Part shown: piece by piece, positions 14,503 through 37,875 of the stretch
Layout of the letters: the number at the start of each line of letters is the position of its first letter
Numbering within the stretch: position 1 is the stretch's first letter
Assembly: GCF_006345805.1 (NCBI RefSeq)
Contig: NC_043011.1
Coordinates: 64,740,464-64,804,463, forward strand
Length of the DNA: 64,000 nucleotides
Direction: 5' to 3'
DNA from: Octopus sinensis
Taxonomy: Eukaryota
Translations under genes and position numbers: made by a program
Notes under the pieces: model-generated
What the model was told of the DNA's origin: nothing
The model's input: the letters and a program-made list of their open reading frames with translations, nothing else
Database searches by the model: none

Positions 14503-15655
14503 TAAGCTTTCATAATGGCATAGAATTATATCTTATTACATATATATATATAGTTATTAAAGCCGGACATTTCGATTGCTTCAGTTTCTGGATACCCTGT
14601 CCACATGTGTGTAAATGTTTATATATTCATGTATGGATGTATACATTTCTCTCATTTGCATGATACTATCTTCAAGGTAGATGTTTAAATACATATCTAT
14701 TTTTCTTGCAGTTCTAAACCAAATATATGTTGGACAAATCTGTCATTAACCCGGTGAGCAGTAATAAATATTTAATGAAATATCTGTGTTCTTATTTATC
14801 TGTGTTGTTATTTATCTGTGTTTGGTCGGATATGTAAGTTTATTATTACATTCCTTCAGAGTTATTTTTGTTGAAACTGTACCACTAGATTTGCACCCTA
14901 ACTGTTGATATTAAAAACAAAATCTTTATCGAATACGCCATTTTGTCAATTCCCGTGAACTGCATATGCTTGAACACAGATGTGGTTACTAAGTAAATGC
15001 TTGTGTCTGTATGGGTACAGGGCAGGGAAATAAGCTACCAGAAGTTTTTCTGAATTAGTCTTCATTGTGAAACATTAACTTACCTGGCAATTGTACCAAA
15101 ACTCAATTTTTGTTTTTACTATTTGCCTTGATTGATTTAAAAAAATTAAAAACTACTAACATAAATATATATGGAATTGTGAATCGCAGACATTTTACAC
15201 CACAAAATGGAGGCATAATAGCGGAATATGTTCCAGGCTAATGGAGTTTCTTTTTATGTTGGGGATATATACTGAACAGGTGCATGAATGTATACACATT
15301 TTTTTTTTTTTACCACCATAGCACCAATATTTATGGTAGAGATAAGCTTGTGGGTGTAATGACTGAAAGAATATCTTCCAGGCAAGGGTGAAAACAATTG
15401 ATTAGAGATCCATACAAATCAAACTTTTATATACAAAATATGGAGGTGGACATTGCGGAGAATTCTAAGACATTTCAATTGAAGACGGTATATAATAAAC
15501 GTGATTTCAAAAATTATACAAAATAAATACCGGTAATATTTTCCTTCTATATTTTGACAAAACATAACAACAAAATCATCATCATGAAATACAATAGTAA
15601 CGATTTGAACATATGACTCAGAAATCAGGTATCTTGCAACAAAATTTTATAAATG

Positions 15656-15702
<47 letters not shown>

Positions 15703-18590
15703 ATATACATATGTATATATTTATATATGTATTTTTTGTATATATGTACATATTTATATTTATCCTTGTGTGTGGATGGGTATGTATCGATCTGCAGATA
15801 TAGGTATACACTCATATATATGTTTCTTTATTAGCCACACACGGCTGCACACAGACGGGACAAATTACAAGGTAGAGCTTTTCATTTGGGGATAAAAAGG
15901 GGGTTTGGTTTTCGATCAATAGGTATCGTTATCACAGAAATGTCAATATGAAGTGTAAACGGGAAGACAGGTGAAGTTTACCCGTGGAAAGAAAAGCCTA
16001 CTCAAAAGACCACGGTAACCTCGGTCAATGAAGTCACATGTTACATTTTTTTTACAAATAAGTAACTCTCTGTATTAAATTTTTACCGTTCATAGGATCA
16101 TACTCAATGTGGCTTCGTCATTCATACGTGCCATCCTTGCTATATTCACCCATCTTTTTTAGAACATTCACTAGACAAAACTTGCCTCTCTACTCTCACT
16201 TTCCTTTTCAAGTGATACTTGAAAAAGTTGATGAGAGATTGACCAGAGAGGAAAGTGTATGTCTCTAATCCTTTCAGGCACGTCCACGAGATACATTCTT
16301 TCGCCATAGCCACAAGTATGATAAAAATGGCTCTTTCTTCCCGTTTGAAGGAAGGAGGCGTGACGATATTAACGATAGACTCGGCTGATAAACCGACTCG
16401 TCCCACACGTGACAGCAGTTGTTCGACATAAGTCCACAGGTCGGAGATTGTTGGACACTGCACGATTTCATGCAGAACGGTTTCGTCGCTCTGACCGCAT
16501 CTCTGACCGAATACACGCACTGACCGTATACGAACATATATAAGTGAATGCGTTGGTATGGTAAAGCACCTGGTTGAATATATAAAAGGCAAAATAGAAT
16601 GAAAAAAAAACTACAGAAGGCTTGTGTTATATGGTAAAAGGATATATTTAAATCATTATGTTAGGAAAATGTTATACATTTTTGCGCATATTTACATTGT
16701 TTTGGGGGAAATAACCAGTTTCGTATCTCCAAAAAGAATGTTAATATATTCAAACTCTTATAACGCCATTCTAACATTTTAAATATATTCAAATATATTC
16801 TTTAACCATATAACACAGGCCTTCTCTTGTTTTTTCACTCTATTTTGTCTTTTGCATATATAGGTATGTATACTAATAAAGAAGCTAGTAAATGTCTATA
16901 GAAACATCACTATATTATGAATACTTTTTGTACGTCTGTTATTTTAATATATCCTATATCTAGTAATATGAATTGGAAATGAACTTAAAATACTATGTGT
17001 CTCTTAAAGTTTTAAGAGCCACCGTGCACTCCGATGTACTGCATTAAACGAGTTCTCTTCATTGAACTTATTTTAATGTATTTTTTTCTGAAGCAGTACA
17101 CAATCTACTACCTATAAGAAATGCCAATATTATAACGTGGAAAGGTGGCAGAATCATAAACGTGCCTACCAGAATCTTACTGGCATTTCATCCGTCTTTC
17201 AATTCTGTGCTCAATTTCCACCGAAATCGATTTTGCTTCTCATCATTTCAAGATCGTTAAAATAGGTACCGATGGGTCACTGCCGACAATATCATCGATT
17301 TTCCTACTGTTAGAAATCTTCTGGCCTTGTGCCAAAATTTGAATGTAATATATGGTGTAAGTTTCGTCGAACAACATATCTTTATTTTTTCATCTTATCA
17401 GGCTCGCGCCAAATGTGGCGTGGGGAATGGAAACATTATCTGCACTTCAATGCATATTCTGAACAGGAGTATATAGAAACAGATCCCATCGAATGATCCT
17501 CTCTTGAGTTTATTATATAAAAGAGTGTCATAGAAGAACGTAGTAACAAATATATTTAAATGTGAACTGAATTATGGACAGAAGTTTAAATATTTGGAAC
17601 GTACTCGAATGTAAAAATTACTCTCAAAAATAACAAACAGTCATCTAGTGAAATACTAAATGCTAAAGCAAATGATATCGAACCCTGTACCTCTCAAGTT
17701 CGAACTCTGTGCCGTTCAGCTCAGAAATCCCTTTATTTATAACGCTAAATAAAATCATTTGGTATCTCAGAAAAATCAGTAAAGACACTAAGAATTGCCA
17801 AGTCAGTTGGTAGTCTACAGAAAATAAATCAATACTCGAACGCAGGATAGGTGCGGAAAGAGCTTATAAATCGTAAATACACTTACAAGACGGAAAAAAA
17901 GTGAGCAGTACGCCTTTAGAGAGTATCGATACCTACACTTCTCAAATACCGGCTGAGCAGTAAAAACACTGAAAGAGAATGATATGGGAGTTTAAATTTG
18001 CGATGGGAAATATTCCAAAGATGGGGATATAGATGTTACCATGAGAAACATTAACAGTGCTTAGAAATTCTTCAAATTAGAAACTGGTTATTTTCCGAAA
18101 TTTTGGTTTTAAATCTCACAATGATTTCTGACAGGGTTTTGGAATATAGGAATCTTATATAAGTTTCAAGACAAATGATACTCTTAATAAATCATAATGT
18201 ACAATACGGGTAGAAGTCAGCAAATATAAACTTATTGCCAGCTTACTATCGCTATGGAAGTTACGAATTGTATATCAAATGTATTCCTATGAATTGTATA
18301 GCGTTATTTTGTAGGAAAATCAATTAGAAGAACAACAGAATTTTTAAATGTGTAGAATTACTAAGGATTAAGAATATAACAGTTATTTTTCATAAGAATG
18401 GGAGGATTCTGGATAGTGGAATTGATAAAAGCATTACATGTGATTTTATTACTACCCACAAGGGACGAAAAATCATTACATGTAGACGAACCATTTCCAT
18501 TCTATTGCTTACTCTGGCAATTTTACCGAGAATATCTTCCCAATAGGATATCATAAAGCTAAGTACAGGGGAATATTCCTGGATCATATG
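14503..18590 (+). repeat. Segmental duplication, copy 2 (interrupted by a Tx1-like fragment)
   Basis: Near-identical to 1-380, then more diverged collinear similarity to 380-4400. Confidence 0.9.
15870..16592 (-). mobile_element. Tx1/L1-like non-LTR retrotransposon 3' fragment
   Basis: ORF 16146-16592 contains RCGQSDETVLHEIVQCPTISDLW (C-terminal C..ET..H...C zinc knuckle) followed by ...FFKYHLKRKVRVER. Confidence 0.75.
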
Positions 18591-21241
18591 TGTAACTCTC
18601 TTTAGGAAGAATAATGGAATGAATGTTGAGAATTTTTTCTTCTGCCGTTTTAATTATGAAAATAATTAGAAAGATTTTTATAACGTTTTAAACATATTAA
18701 AATTTAATAGCATCACATCGCTCAAAAAGAATTAATAACAAATTTAAGTATTATAATACTTAAATTTGTTCTTTGTAAATTACAAAAGATAATACATCCG
18801 AAGAATAATAGAGGACATTTTGAGAGTTCTTTGACGAAAAATAAATGCGTGTTAATATCCTAGATATACACGATTTGGGAAATATTTCTTCTTTTCTAAA
18901 GTGTACGAAGGCAGTTCTTCAGAAATTGGTTACAGGAACTTGAGTGCGCTGCATCCTTGAAATAATGTCAATGAGATCTACATACAAAGATTGGAAAATA
19001 CATGCGATATATAAAAGTAGAGAATTGACGATTAGCACGGTAATATTGTGTTCTGACAATAATGAAGGAGACACTGTTCCTGCGTTTAGGTTTAAACACA
19101 GCCATTATGATAGGAATACAATGAAGAAAGGAAGAACAAACACCAGAACAAATGTAAAAATAGCCTGAAACGCAGAAAATGAACCAACATTGATTTAGTA
19201 ATACGAAGGCTTTTCCTCAGCAAGATTCAAACGAACAGGCATTCGCTTTGACTATTTAAATACGCATGCCACACAAATTCCAGGACGAACGGCAGTTAAA
19301 GTAGTTTTGTGACCGATTATCCGACGCTGTTTGAAATGAATTCTCCTTCACTCAGAATATGTAGGTTGAAATAGGAATTAGAGGTAAACATTTTGGCACA
19401 TGTTACGAATGGTAGAAAAGTGTCTTGGATATCCTAGCAATGGGAACATCGTGCCGAGTGAATTTTCCATATGCCGAGTATCCCGAGATAGGAGAGAGAG
19501 TTACAAACAAATCGGTTAAATATATTTAACATTAGAATAAAAGTTCCTCATCAATGATAACTGCGATGGTTCCTTCTATATGTAAAACAAAACTAGCATT
19601 TCGGGTTATCACATTACATAAATGATGCCGCCACACACATAACCCTTCGCTCTTACTAAATTAATATACACAGACTCTGTAGGTCCTACTTGTCCTCCTA
19701 CAGGTCTATGGAAATATATTTACATTAACTACGGATGCTCAGTTTTAAATTTTAATTTATTTTACTTTTATTTGTTATGCTTACACTTCATCACTTTTAT
19801 AATATTGAATGTTAACTTCAGATTTAAACCTTAAATCTTAAATTTTTTGTTTAGTAATGCAGGATTTGTTTCTAACATTAACACAACTAAGATTGCCCCG
19901 AGTCACCCTTCGCCTTTAGTAAAATTGACGACACACACACTATGTGACGTATAGCAACTTGTTTATAAATGGTTTAATACCTCTACGCACACCCTATGCA
20001 TACTGTAGGTCCCATGTCTGCCTTATTTACCCCTTGTCTCACTGTCTTCCCACTTACGCTTTCTTTAACTCTCTGGACAGTAGTTGCCCTCGATGTAGTG
20101 ATAAGGATATAACTAATAAAACTACCATGTAATATACTTTCTCCCTCCGCAGTGTACTCCATTCCTCCTGTCATAATTTGTCCAAATTTGGAAATGATAA
20201 CATCAGTTTCCGCTCACCATAAATTACTATCTAACCGTTCCCTCCTATCGTGCATTTACCCAAGAAATACCGGATCGCATTGGAATTAAACGGATTCATT
20301 TAGACCTCTCCTGCCTCTCTGAATATAAGGAACGACAAAAATTATCATTGTTCAGGAATTTTTATTCCATTACGATATATATTGAATCTATCCCTCTCTC
20401 ACCGATGATGGAATACGCAACGTATGCATTCTTAGCTCGGCACGACATTTTAAAAGCTGCGATATCCCACAAGCAGCTGTCAGAGATTTTCTCTACCATT
20501 CATTATATGGCTAAATTAATTTAAATGTCCTTGTGAAATCTTGCGAACTTGTTTGCTTCACCTAGATACTTTAACATGCGCAAACACACGCTCTTACACA
20601 CACACAATCACATGCACATATACATGTTCCCACACAGACACACTCACACATACACATAAACACACACATATATATGCTCACACACAAAACACACACGTTT
20701 ATCTGCATGTGTATGGGAGCTTTTGATATATGTACGTGATACTTAGCACGTTGGCGCAGAGGGAAATTATTTTAATTGCCATTACAAACATAACACAATT
20801 CCTTGAGACATTATATTACAGGTGCATATAGTAATAGTTATGGCACTTTAATGGATCAAACACCTGTTCCATTCTATGTATATCCAAAGATGAAAGCTGT
20901 ACGAAGAAGATAGTGCTTCAGTAAACATTAACTATTTCCAACTCCGAATTTGAATTCATTATTAATATGCTATTTCACAAACTTTCCTTCAAAAGAGCCA
21001 AATAATTTGTACGTTAGATATTACACGTTTTCATTACCTGAGAAAAGAAAAACATCTACAAGCTTAATTGCAAAATACTATGCATATATTTTTCAGAACA
21101 TAATTCTACAGAAATATAATACATACTACACTAATACATTCATGTAAATAAATTCAACACTAACACTAATGGATCGTATCCCGCCCATGACCTGAAATGT
21201 CAATATATACGCTTGGAAAAGGCTTTGAATGGTTATGTGCA

Positions 21242-21283
<42 letters not shown>

Positions 21284-21859
21284 CATATGTTATATGGTAT
21301 AAGATAAAGTATTCAATGAACTGAGATATTCCATTCAAATAAAAACATATTTGTATTAAGACATAGATGATGAAGATGTAGAAATATCAGAAAAACAACA
21401 AGTCTGCGTGTCGTTCGATTACAAGCAAATAAAACAGGCACATTGTGTACAGGTTATCACCAACGAGTGAAAAGTACGTAAACGTACAGCCCTTATTATT
21501 TGTCTTCGTCTGTACGTATATTTCGTTGTTGTTTGTTCGTTGGAAGTACTACCACTGCCTGAAATTCTATCGTTTAAATCTCTGGACACAACTGTCTTAT
21601 GAAGCTTTCCTGTCTTGCCGTTAAAAACAAGAAATTGGGTGTAATGAACAGTTCGACAACTGATGAGGAGCTATCTTCTTTTCGTATTTTGTCCGTTCTT
21701 ATCTCTCATGTGTTTACGTATTTTTCACTTGTTGGTGACGTCCCATAAATAATATGTGTGTGTGTGTGTGTGTATATATATGTATATATATATATACACA
21801 CACTCATATATATATATATATATATACGTACATGCACACGCATAGATAGATACATATAT

Positions 21860-21939
<80 letters not shown>

Positions 21940-21979
21940 CATACATACATATATATATGTATACATACGTATAGATAGA

Positions 21980-24072
21980 TGCTGAACAAGAATTTTTTTT
22001 GTGCATGGCACAAAAGATTGTACAGCAGCTAACCTGGCTCCATCAAACTCAAACACGCAGATGGGACTATCCATAATTCACAAGACCGCCACAGCAAATA
22101 GACCCAAGTTGGACACCGCCGGCAGCAGCACATACATCACCTCGATGCTCCTACTGAACATCAGAGGACTGCTAACACTCAGTAACAGGACAAAAATCCC
22201 GTTCTTGAGTGACTTTGTTGCATGCAATCAAGCCTTATGCATAGCACTTACGGAAACTCACCTGAAACCGGACATAGCCGATGCAGAAATACACATACCA
22301 CGGTATGTTGTACTACAGACATACAGAAAAGAAAGGAGTCATGGAGGAGTTGCTATGTACATCCGTGAGGACCTCACACCTTAGGTCCTTTTGTCATTCT
22401 CAAATTCGGTGTGTGACACACTAATTGTACATATAAGGCAACTTGGTGTAGTTATGTGTGCTACATATCGCCATCCAGATGCCCCAAGCCATGTAAGCAT
22501 GTTTGAAGTTTGCCTTATAAAAATAGAAGTTCTATTCACATTAAAACAACACATAAGTGTACTTCTTTTTGTAGACTTCAATCTACCCAATGTCAAATGG
22601 CCCGAGGACCTTTCTCTCACAGGAATGACACGACGTGAACGAGGACAGGTGATGTCCCACCTGAACCTCATCAACACTCTGTACATGGAGCAAGTAATAC
22701 TCCAACCAACCAGGGCAGGTAACATACTGGATCTCTGCCTCACAAATAATATGGATATTATCCATTATGTGAAAGTGACACCGACACTTCTCTCGGATCA
22801 CAACATGGTAGAGCTGACCATGTACGGGCTAAAGGAAAGCATGGACATGCAGCTTACAAGAAACTCTCTGAATCTTTCCAGCTTGAACTTCCATAAGGCA
22901 AACTGGAAACAAATTGAGAAAGAGATCCTCAAACAAAACTGGCCTGAATGTCTATCCGCACCAGACATTGACATGAAACTTCAACAATTCATGTCTGTAA
23001 TGCAAGCCATATGCTACAAATGTGTCCCAGAGAGAAAAGCCTCTGTACAAAAGAGCAAAATCCCCAGGGAGTGGAAAATTCTAATGAAATGGCGTACACA
23101 AGTTTCACTTCGCCTAAACAAACAAATTGAAAGCAGTGAAAAGTCCCGCCTGAAAATAAAACTGTTGGAAATTGAAAAATGTCTTCAACTCTCCCATGAA
23201 AATGAAAGAGCTAACAAAGAAGCCCGGGCTATAGACAACATAAACATCTAACCCCAGAGCTTTCTACAGGTATGCCAAAGAAACAGCTACGGTGCACTGT
23301 AGGATAGGGCCACTCCTTGAAAATAATGGTACACTCACAGGAAAACCAATGAGGGTAAGTAAAATACTGAATGAGCAATTCAAGAGTGTTTTCACGCCTC
23401 CCCTAGGGTATTTTCAAGTCAGCAATTCAACTTACTTCTTTACCACTGCAGATATAAAATCGGAGGCAGCAATGATTGATTACATCAATATAAAGGAAGA
23501 CGATGTAATAAAGGCTATAGATGAAATGAAAACAAACTCAGCTACTGGCCCCGATGGATTCCCAGCAATTCTTCTAAAAGTATGTAAGAGAGTCCTAGCA
23601 AGACCACTGCAGTTCCTCTTTCAGAGCTTCCTTGCAACTGACAAACTTTCAAGAAAACTGAAGGAAGATAAAATATGCCCTATTCATAAAGGATGTTGCA
23701 GAGCGGAGGCCAAGAACTACCGACTTATCTCTCTGACCTCACACATCAGCAAGGTCATGGAACGAATAGTCAGAAGGAAACTAATCATCTTCCTTGAAGA
23801 AAATGACTTGCTGCCTGATACTCAACATGGTTTCCAACCAGGAAGAAGCTGCTTAACTCAGCTCCTGCAACAGTATGGCTGGGTGCTGAAACGACTGCTT
23901 AACCACTCAAATGTGGAAGTCATATATCTCGACTTTGCAAAGGCCTTTGATAAAGTGGTTCATGGAATGCTGTGTCACAAACTGCGTGATCTTGGCATAG
24001 TTGGAAAATTGGGAGTGTGGCTTCATGACTTTCTGGAGGATAGAAGTCAGATGGAAGTAGCCAATGGGGCCA
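21980..24072 (+). mobile_element. CR1-clade LINE, endonuclease plus N-terminal RT half, disrupted and 3'-truncated
   Basis: APE motifs LLNIRGL, ALTETHL, DFNLP, ILDLCLTN, SDHN. RT motifs TGPDG, NYRLISLTS, QHGF..GRSCLTQLL, YLDFAKAFDKV. Stops and frameshifts split it into three ORFs; it ends at VANGA. Confidence 0.92.
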
Positions 24073-25321
24073 GACAATACTGTTTTTTATGCTTCATACA
24101 GCTTTCAAAATTAAGATAAATAAAATTCTTTCTTTAATCTAAAAAATAATCTCCTTTATTCTCAACAATTATCTTCCTTCTAGCGATTAGACTTGCAAAG
24201 CTCCACTGCCACATTTCACTTGTCTATGACGAACAATACTCTTCCATTACTGTTCTGAGTCGTCTACAGAATTCATATTTTTTCGTCCAAATAATTTTGA
24301 AATCTGCGAGATAATTGATAAGCAGATGGGTCTGTACCTGACGAATATGGTGGGCAGGTTATCGTTTCCCTTTGAAACTTTTACATTCTTTGGAATTTCG
24401 AACAGGTTGTATTTGGCGACTTTAAATTTAATAATTTTCAGGGGCCTATTCACCCAATTTCCTGAATTTTCCGATGGCACATAGGAGTCAATGAATGGTT
24501 TAATGACCAAATGCAAGTCTCTCTCTTACTAACTCAATAATTTCGATGGCATTTTGTTCCACCAAGATTTTCAGGAGGTCATCGTCAAGCCCTACTAATC
24601 TTCCAAGATGTGACTCATGTACACGGCTGTAGTTTCCAGCTCGGACTTTCTAGAACCACCTTTGACACTTGCTTACACTTATTGCCCGACCCTCATTTTA
24701 AAAATTAAATTCGTGATAATCGAACTGCACTCTTCAAAAAGTGCACTAAGAATAAGGTCTAGATAAAATTACCTCCTGCTTTTATAGCAAGTTGATGCAG
24801 GTACTTTACCACGTCCCCCTCCGACTTTCAGTTCATGCAATTTTTAAAAATCGCATTGCATATGCGATGACACATTATGTATATATGTATACGTAATGTT
24901 AAAATCAATGAATAATGTCTTCAGTGGCCAGCATGTAAAACACCATATTGGTAAACATTAATATAAATATATAATTATATAGATAATATTATAATAACAG
25001 GTAATGAGTAACAGCACATGACTAACAATTAAACAATAAGAAATATACACAGATTCATAACAGAATTTTACAGGTTATGCTCAAAGGAAATTTGCAGAGA
25101 TGATTTTGTGGAATATATAACGCATGGGGCTCACCTCGAATGGTTCTTGTTTTATACCAGTCAGTCTACCAACTTTCTGGCATAACACAATATTATATAT
25201 TGATATAATTCGGGCGTTATACCATTCATTAAGGGTAGTTAGCAAGCAAATGCCAGAATATTATGCGATCATATATCTCTTTTGAGGAACAGTCAACAAT
25301 AAAATTACGATTTGTAGGATA

Positions 25322-25850
<529 letters not shown>

Positions 25851-26231
25851 CGCTGAAAATGCAATGCAAACAACATACTAGACTGTCATGTTATCAATTA
25901 ACATTTTTATGCCTGTTCAACGATCTAAAGCACATCTGTCGTTGCGTGGAAATCGTATATTTAAAGAGCACAGCAAACATTTCCTCTTGTTATCTATCTC
26001 TTTGTGAGTAGTAAGTAGAAAGCTTTCCCTTGACTTGTTTTACATAGATTACACAACTACACACACACGCACGCGTACATACACAGAAATAAACACACAC
26101 GCACTCATGCATACATCTATATAACCAGGTTTCTCTATTTGCACACACACGTATATATATGTATGTGTGTGTGTGAGTGTGTGTGCGTTTGTTTATGTGC
26201 ATATGAACTCACATACACACACACACACACA

Positions 26232-26270
<39 letters not shown>

Positions 26271-26367
26271 CATACATTAATATGCATAATGAAACATTCA
26301 GGATCTTATGTTATATATTGATGTAAAAATACAGTTTATTTCGTATTATTTCCAAAATCAGTTTGTG

Positions 26368-26430
<63 letters not shown>

Positions 26431-27013
26431 ATTTCTGAGTGTATAAGACCTTTTTAAATTTTGCACTTATGCACCATGAAATGTATTCATATATGCATGA
26501 ATATATGTGTGTGTACGTATGAGTGTTAACTCATATATACGTATAAATGCTATTGTGATTTTTACTTTCTATTTCCTTAAGTTTTTTTGTTACAAAAGGA
26601 TAGATACTTATATACATAGGACGACCTACCCACGATTAATTTGTGTGCTTTTATCTTATTTATTTAAATAGTTTTTAGTGAAATATTATTATTTTTTATG
26701 ATATGAACACAGTTGTAACAATTTTGTAACCGTCTTCAAACTTAGCATTTGTTGATGTATGTAGGTGTGTGTGTTTGTTTGTAGATATACTTATGCACGT
26801 GTGTACACATACACGTAGATATGTATTCATATATCGGAGCATGTGTGTGTATGTATGATTTTGTGTCTGTCTATGTATACTTGTAATCATATGTGTACAT
26901 AGAGATCTGTAAACATAAATATTCACATATATGTTTGTATTTCTGTGTGCGTATGTCTGTGCCTGTGTGTGTGTATATGTATAAATATATGCGTGTGCGT
27001 ATGCATGGGTGTA

Positions 27014-27051
<38 letters not shown>

Positions 27052-27290
27052 GAATTGTGAATATGTATATGTGTATGTGTGTATGTGTGTGTATCAAAAT
27101 ATCTGTAATAACGAAAATGCTCATAAATGTATATAACTGGTAAAGATATTCATCTCAATCACTACGTGTTAATGAGTTTTGTATATATGCGCATTATATG
27201 AATGAAAAGTGTGTGTATGTGTGTGGGGGGTGTGGATATATATATGCATGTACGTGCATATATTTATATATGTTTATGTATTTGTATGTA

Positions 27291-27641
27291 CAGGGGTTGG
27301 ACGAAATAATGAAAACAATAAAATTTCAACCAAATATATTATAATAGGGTAGGACTGCATGTGGCAGTAATTACAACTTGGATTCTACGAGGTATGGACT
27401 CGTACAAAGTTTGAATTGTTTCCAAAGGAATTCCTGTCCATTCTTCAGCTAAAGCAGTCTCCAGTTCTTGTAGTGATGATGCTGGAGGATATCGACTCCT
27501 TACATGTTCTTCTAAACAGGACCATAAATGTTCGATAATATTTAGATCTGGGGATTGTGGGGGGGGGGCAGCTAAGATATTCGAGACACCGCCGCATTTA
27601 ACCACGCTGCGTGAATCCTCTTTAAAAGATACCTTCTTCAA
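27291..27641 (-). mobile_element. Tc1-like transposase C-terminal remnant with terminal inverted repeat
   Basis: PQSPDLNIIEHLWSCLEEHV...LAEEWTGIPLETIQTLYESIPRRIQVVI; terminus TA|CAGGGGTTGGAC. Confidence 0.85.
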
Positions 27642-27964
27642 TTTTTATAATAATATGATTTTAAGCCAGAATTGTGTTTTCATACAACCGGTCATTGAAA
27701 AGACCGTTAGTTGAAAGGACCAATGAGACAATGCCGTTTTCAAATGTTTATCTATCGAACTTATTACACATGACCTTACTTTGCTCCATTCTAAACATTA
27801 CTCTCCAACTAACAGGAACGTGAATCTCTGAGCAACAGATTTTGTGATAATTTCAATGCTTTTTAATAATGCCTATTACGCTGCCTCCGCTATTCGAGGA
27901 CTATTTTTTACACTTTGCTTTGCATTTATGTGCTTACACTGGGTGTATGTATCAATAGATACGA

Positions 27965-28070
<106 letters not shown>

Positions 28071-28156
28071 AGAGCTTACGAAAAAAACAAAAGACGAAAA
28101 TAGGTGGTGTACAAAACAAGCAGATTATTAGTATAGCGCTCGCGAATAGAAAATGG

Positions 28157-28192
28157 CTTTTACGTTTCGAGCCTACGCTCTTCTACAGAAAG
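28157..28192 (-). ncRNA. Minimal hammerhead-like motif in a Penelope-type terminal repeat remnant
   Basis: Minus strand CTTT-CTGTAGA-A-GAGC-GTAG-GCTC-GAAA-CG-TA-AAAG: stems I and II are perfect, stem III is palindromic ACGT, one core mismatch (A6 to U). Confidence 0.55.
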
Positions 28193-28705
28193 GGACACAG
28201 AAAAACAAGGATAGAAAAAAAATGTCTGTAGTGGCTAGATATAGATATAGACATATACATACATACATGCGTACATACACATATGCTTCAGAATTAAGCA
28301 TTAGGCGAGTACGTAATGTAATATAAAACTTATTAAATAGGACTGAAGCGCACGCCAAAAACTTCATTACCATCCAAAGGTTTTTCACGTATGTTGTGGT
28401 GCACTGAGGTCTGAGTGCTGCCTCTTGCATCAGACCTTACTGCAAGCTATTTAAAGTCAATTCTTCGTTTGCCGCTCCTATTTCACTTGTTTGTGTGTGT
28501 GCCTCTGTGAGTTTGTGAGTGGGTGTACCTGGGTGTACTGACGTAAATGTTCGCCGACACAAAGAGCATACTCATTGATAACATCAGATTAATATATGTT
28601 AGGAAATCGTTATTTTCATGAGAGTCATAAAGATTTCTCATTTTCTCTAACATATTTGAATTTCTACTTCAGCAGCAGCGGCTTTGATTACGACAACATA
28701 CAACG

Positions 28706-36080
<7,375 letters not shown>

Positions 36081-37307
36081 TGGAATGCCGCGTCTGCTGC
36101 TTGTTATATGTTTCCGTAAAAATATTTATAAATATGTAATCGTTTCAAATTTTAAGTTTCTAACTTGTACAACACACCAAATTTGAGGAACATTTGATGC
36201 ACTTCATTATCCTTGAAATATATGTGCAATAAAATCATAATTACTGTGTAATTCTGCTGTAATGTCATTCTGTTTATATTATTTTTATCAGTGTAAAAAT
36301 GTCATCATATGAATATTGCTTGTATATCTGTATCAGCAAAAACTTATCAGTTTCACATGATGATTGAAATCACCCTATCTACACAAACGTGGAACATATT
36401 TGCACCATGTGTATTAGACATTATTGCCAATCTGTAGTGTGCGTTATACCACTGAACTTGCTAGAATATTACCGTCCGTTGCGAGTAAACACAGATTCGT
36501 TTGCAGTCAGCAATTCTGAAGTATTATAGGTATGGATTCAAATGCTGGGACAAGGCCAACAGTTCCAGGGGAAGGGCGTAAATAGAGTACATCGATCCAA
36601 GTACACAAATCATACTTATTTCATGGACCCCCAAAAGGTAAGACATAGTGGAGCTATGGAAACACACACACACACATACACACAATTAAACGACCAAATA
36701 ATAAGTATTTGTGTTATGGACTTCATTCACTGAAGGAATGAAGGAAATTAAATTTGAGACGCAGCAAGAGGAATTGTCAACAATTGGATCAGCAGGTATT
36801 TTCAGGGCACGTATAATTGCAAACATTTAACATGTAGATTTAATTGCCACCTCAAAGTAGCTATTCCATGTTACTTCTTGTGTAAACCCAGATAGATCTA
36901 CCGCCTATTGTTTATCGGTGAAGCACTACACCCTCTACATATATGTTACCATTAGGGTAACCGAATGCCACCATACTCCAGCAGATGACAGTATCGCTCG
37001 TCTTCGTCACGAGAAAGGTTTGGGAACACGGAAAAATAAAACATGAAGATCAAAATACTCTAAATAAAGAATGATATTGAAACAACTATACACAGATATA
37101 GAGTTGATATATTACGTGATTGTGTCACATCTGTATTATGTAACAGTTTATTCTAACAAGTTTCTCAATATCATTTTCTCTTGGTGTGTTTATTTGTTTT
37201 CAGTAAATTTGGAAATTGTTCAATAAAAAATAATATATAAGAATTTAAAAAAAGGAATGCAGACTAAAAACTTCTCAGTTAATGATCCGAAAGAAACAAA
37301 CAGAGGA

Positions 37308-37792
37308 CAATTTAAACAATAAGCTTCCATGACATTCTTTCCAGCAAAAAAAAAAAGTTATGCATTGAACCTCAGTACAAATTGCAATTTTCTAGATGAC
37401 CCATTCATAGTTTTGCTCTTTTTCTTTCAATTTCTTCTGCATGGTAGTGACTATAGATTTCAGCACATTTTACACACCCCCCACAAACAAAAACACACAA
37501 ACACAGACACAGACACACACACACAAACACATACTGCCGTTTGATACAGAAAAATAGCTTCGTAGGGAATTGAAATAAAAATACTGTAAATGTGTGCGGA
37601 TATTTGTGCGTGGATTTGTCTTCCACCACTCACTCACAGCAGTTCATGGTGAGATTATGTACATGTAACCTAACGGTACAGTAGAAGTAGGAGGCTTAAA
37701 TAGTAAGTTAGGGGTTCAATTCAGTCGACAAAACCTTGCCTGAGTCTACACACACACACATACACATACACATGCACACACACGCACGCACA

Positions 37793-37875
<83 letters not shown>

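Noticed and set aside
21598-21747. Short + ORF ending in ...SFRILSVLISHVF, resembling the family's last exon
   Set aside because: No acceptor in the right phase, no alignment with exon 4 at nucleotide level, and it sits in repeat-like sequence.
24120-24870. Possible DNA-transposon fragment after the CR1 breakpoint
   Set aside because: No protein motif or paired terminus could be identified by eye.
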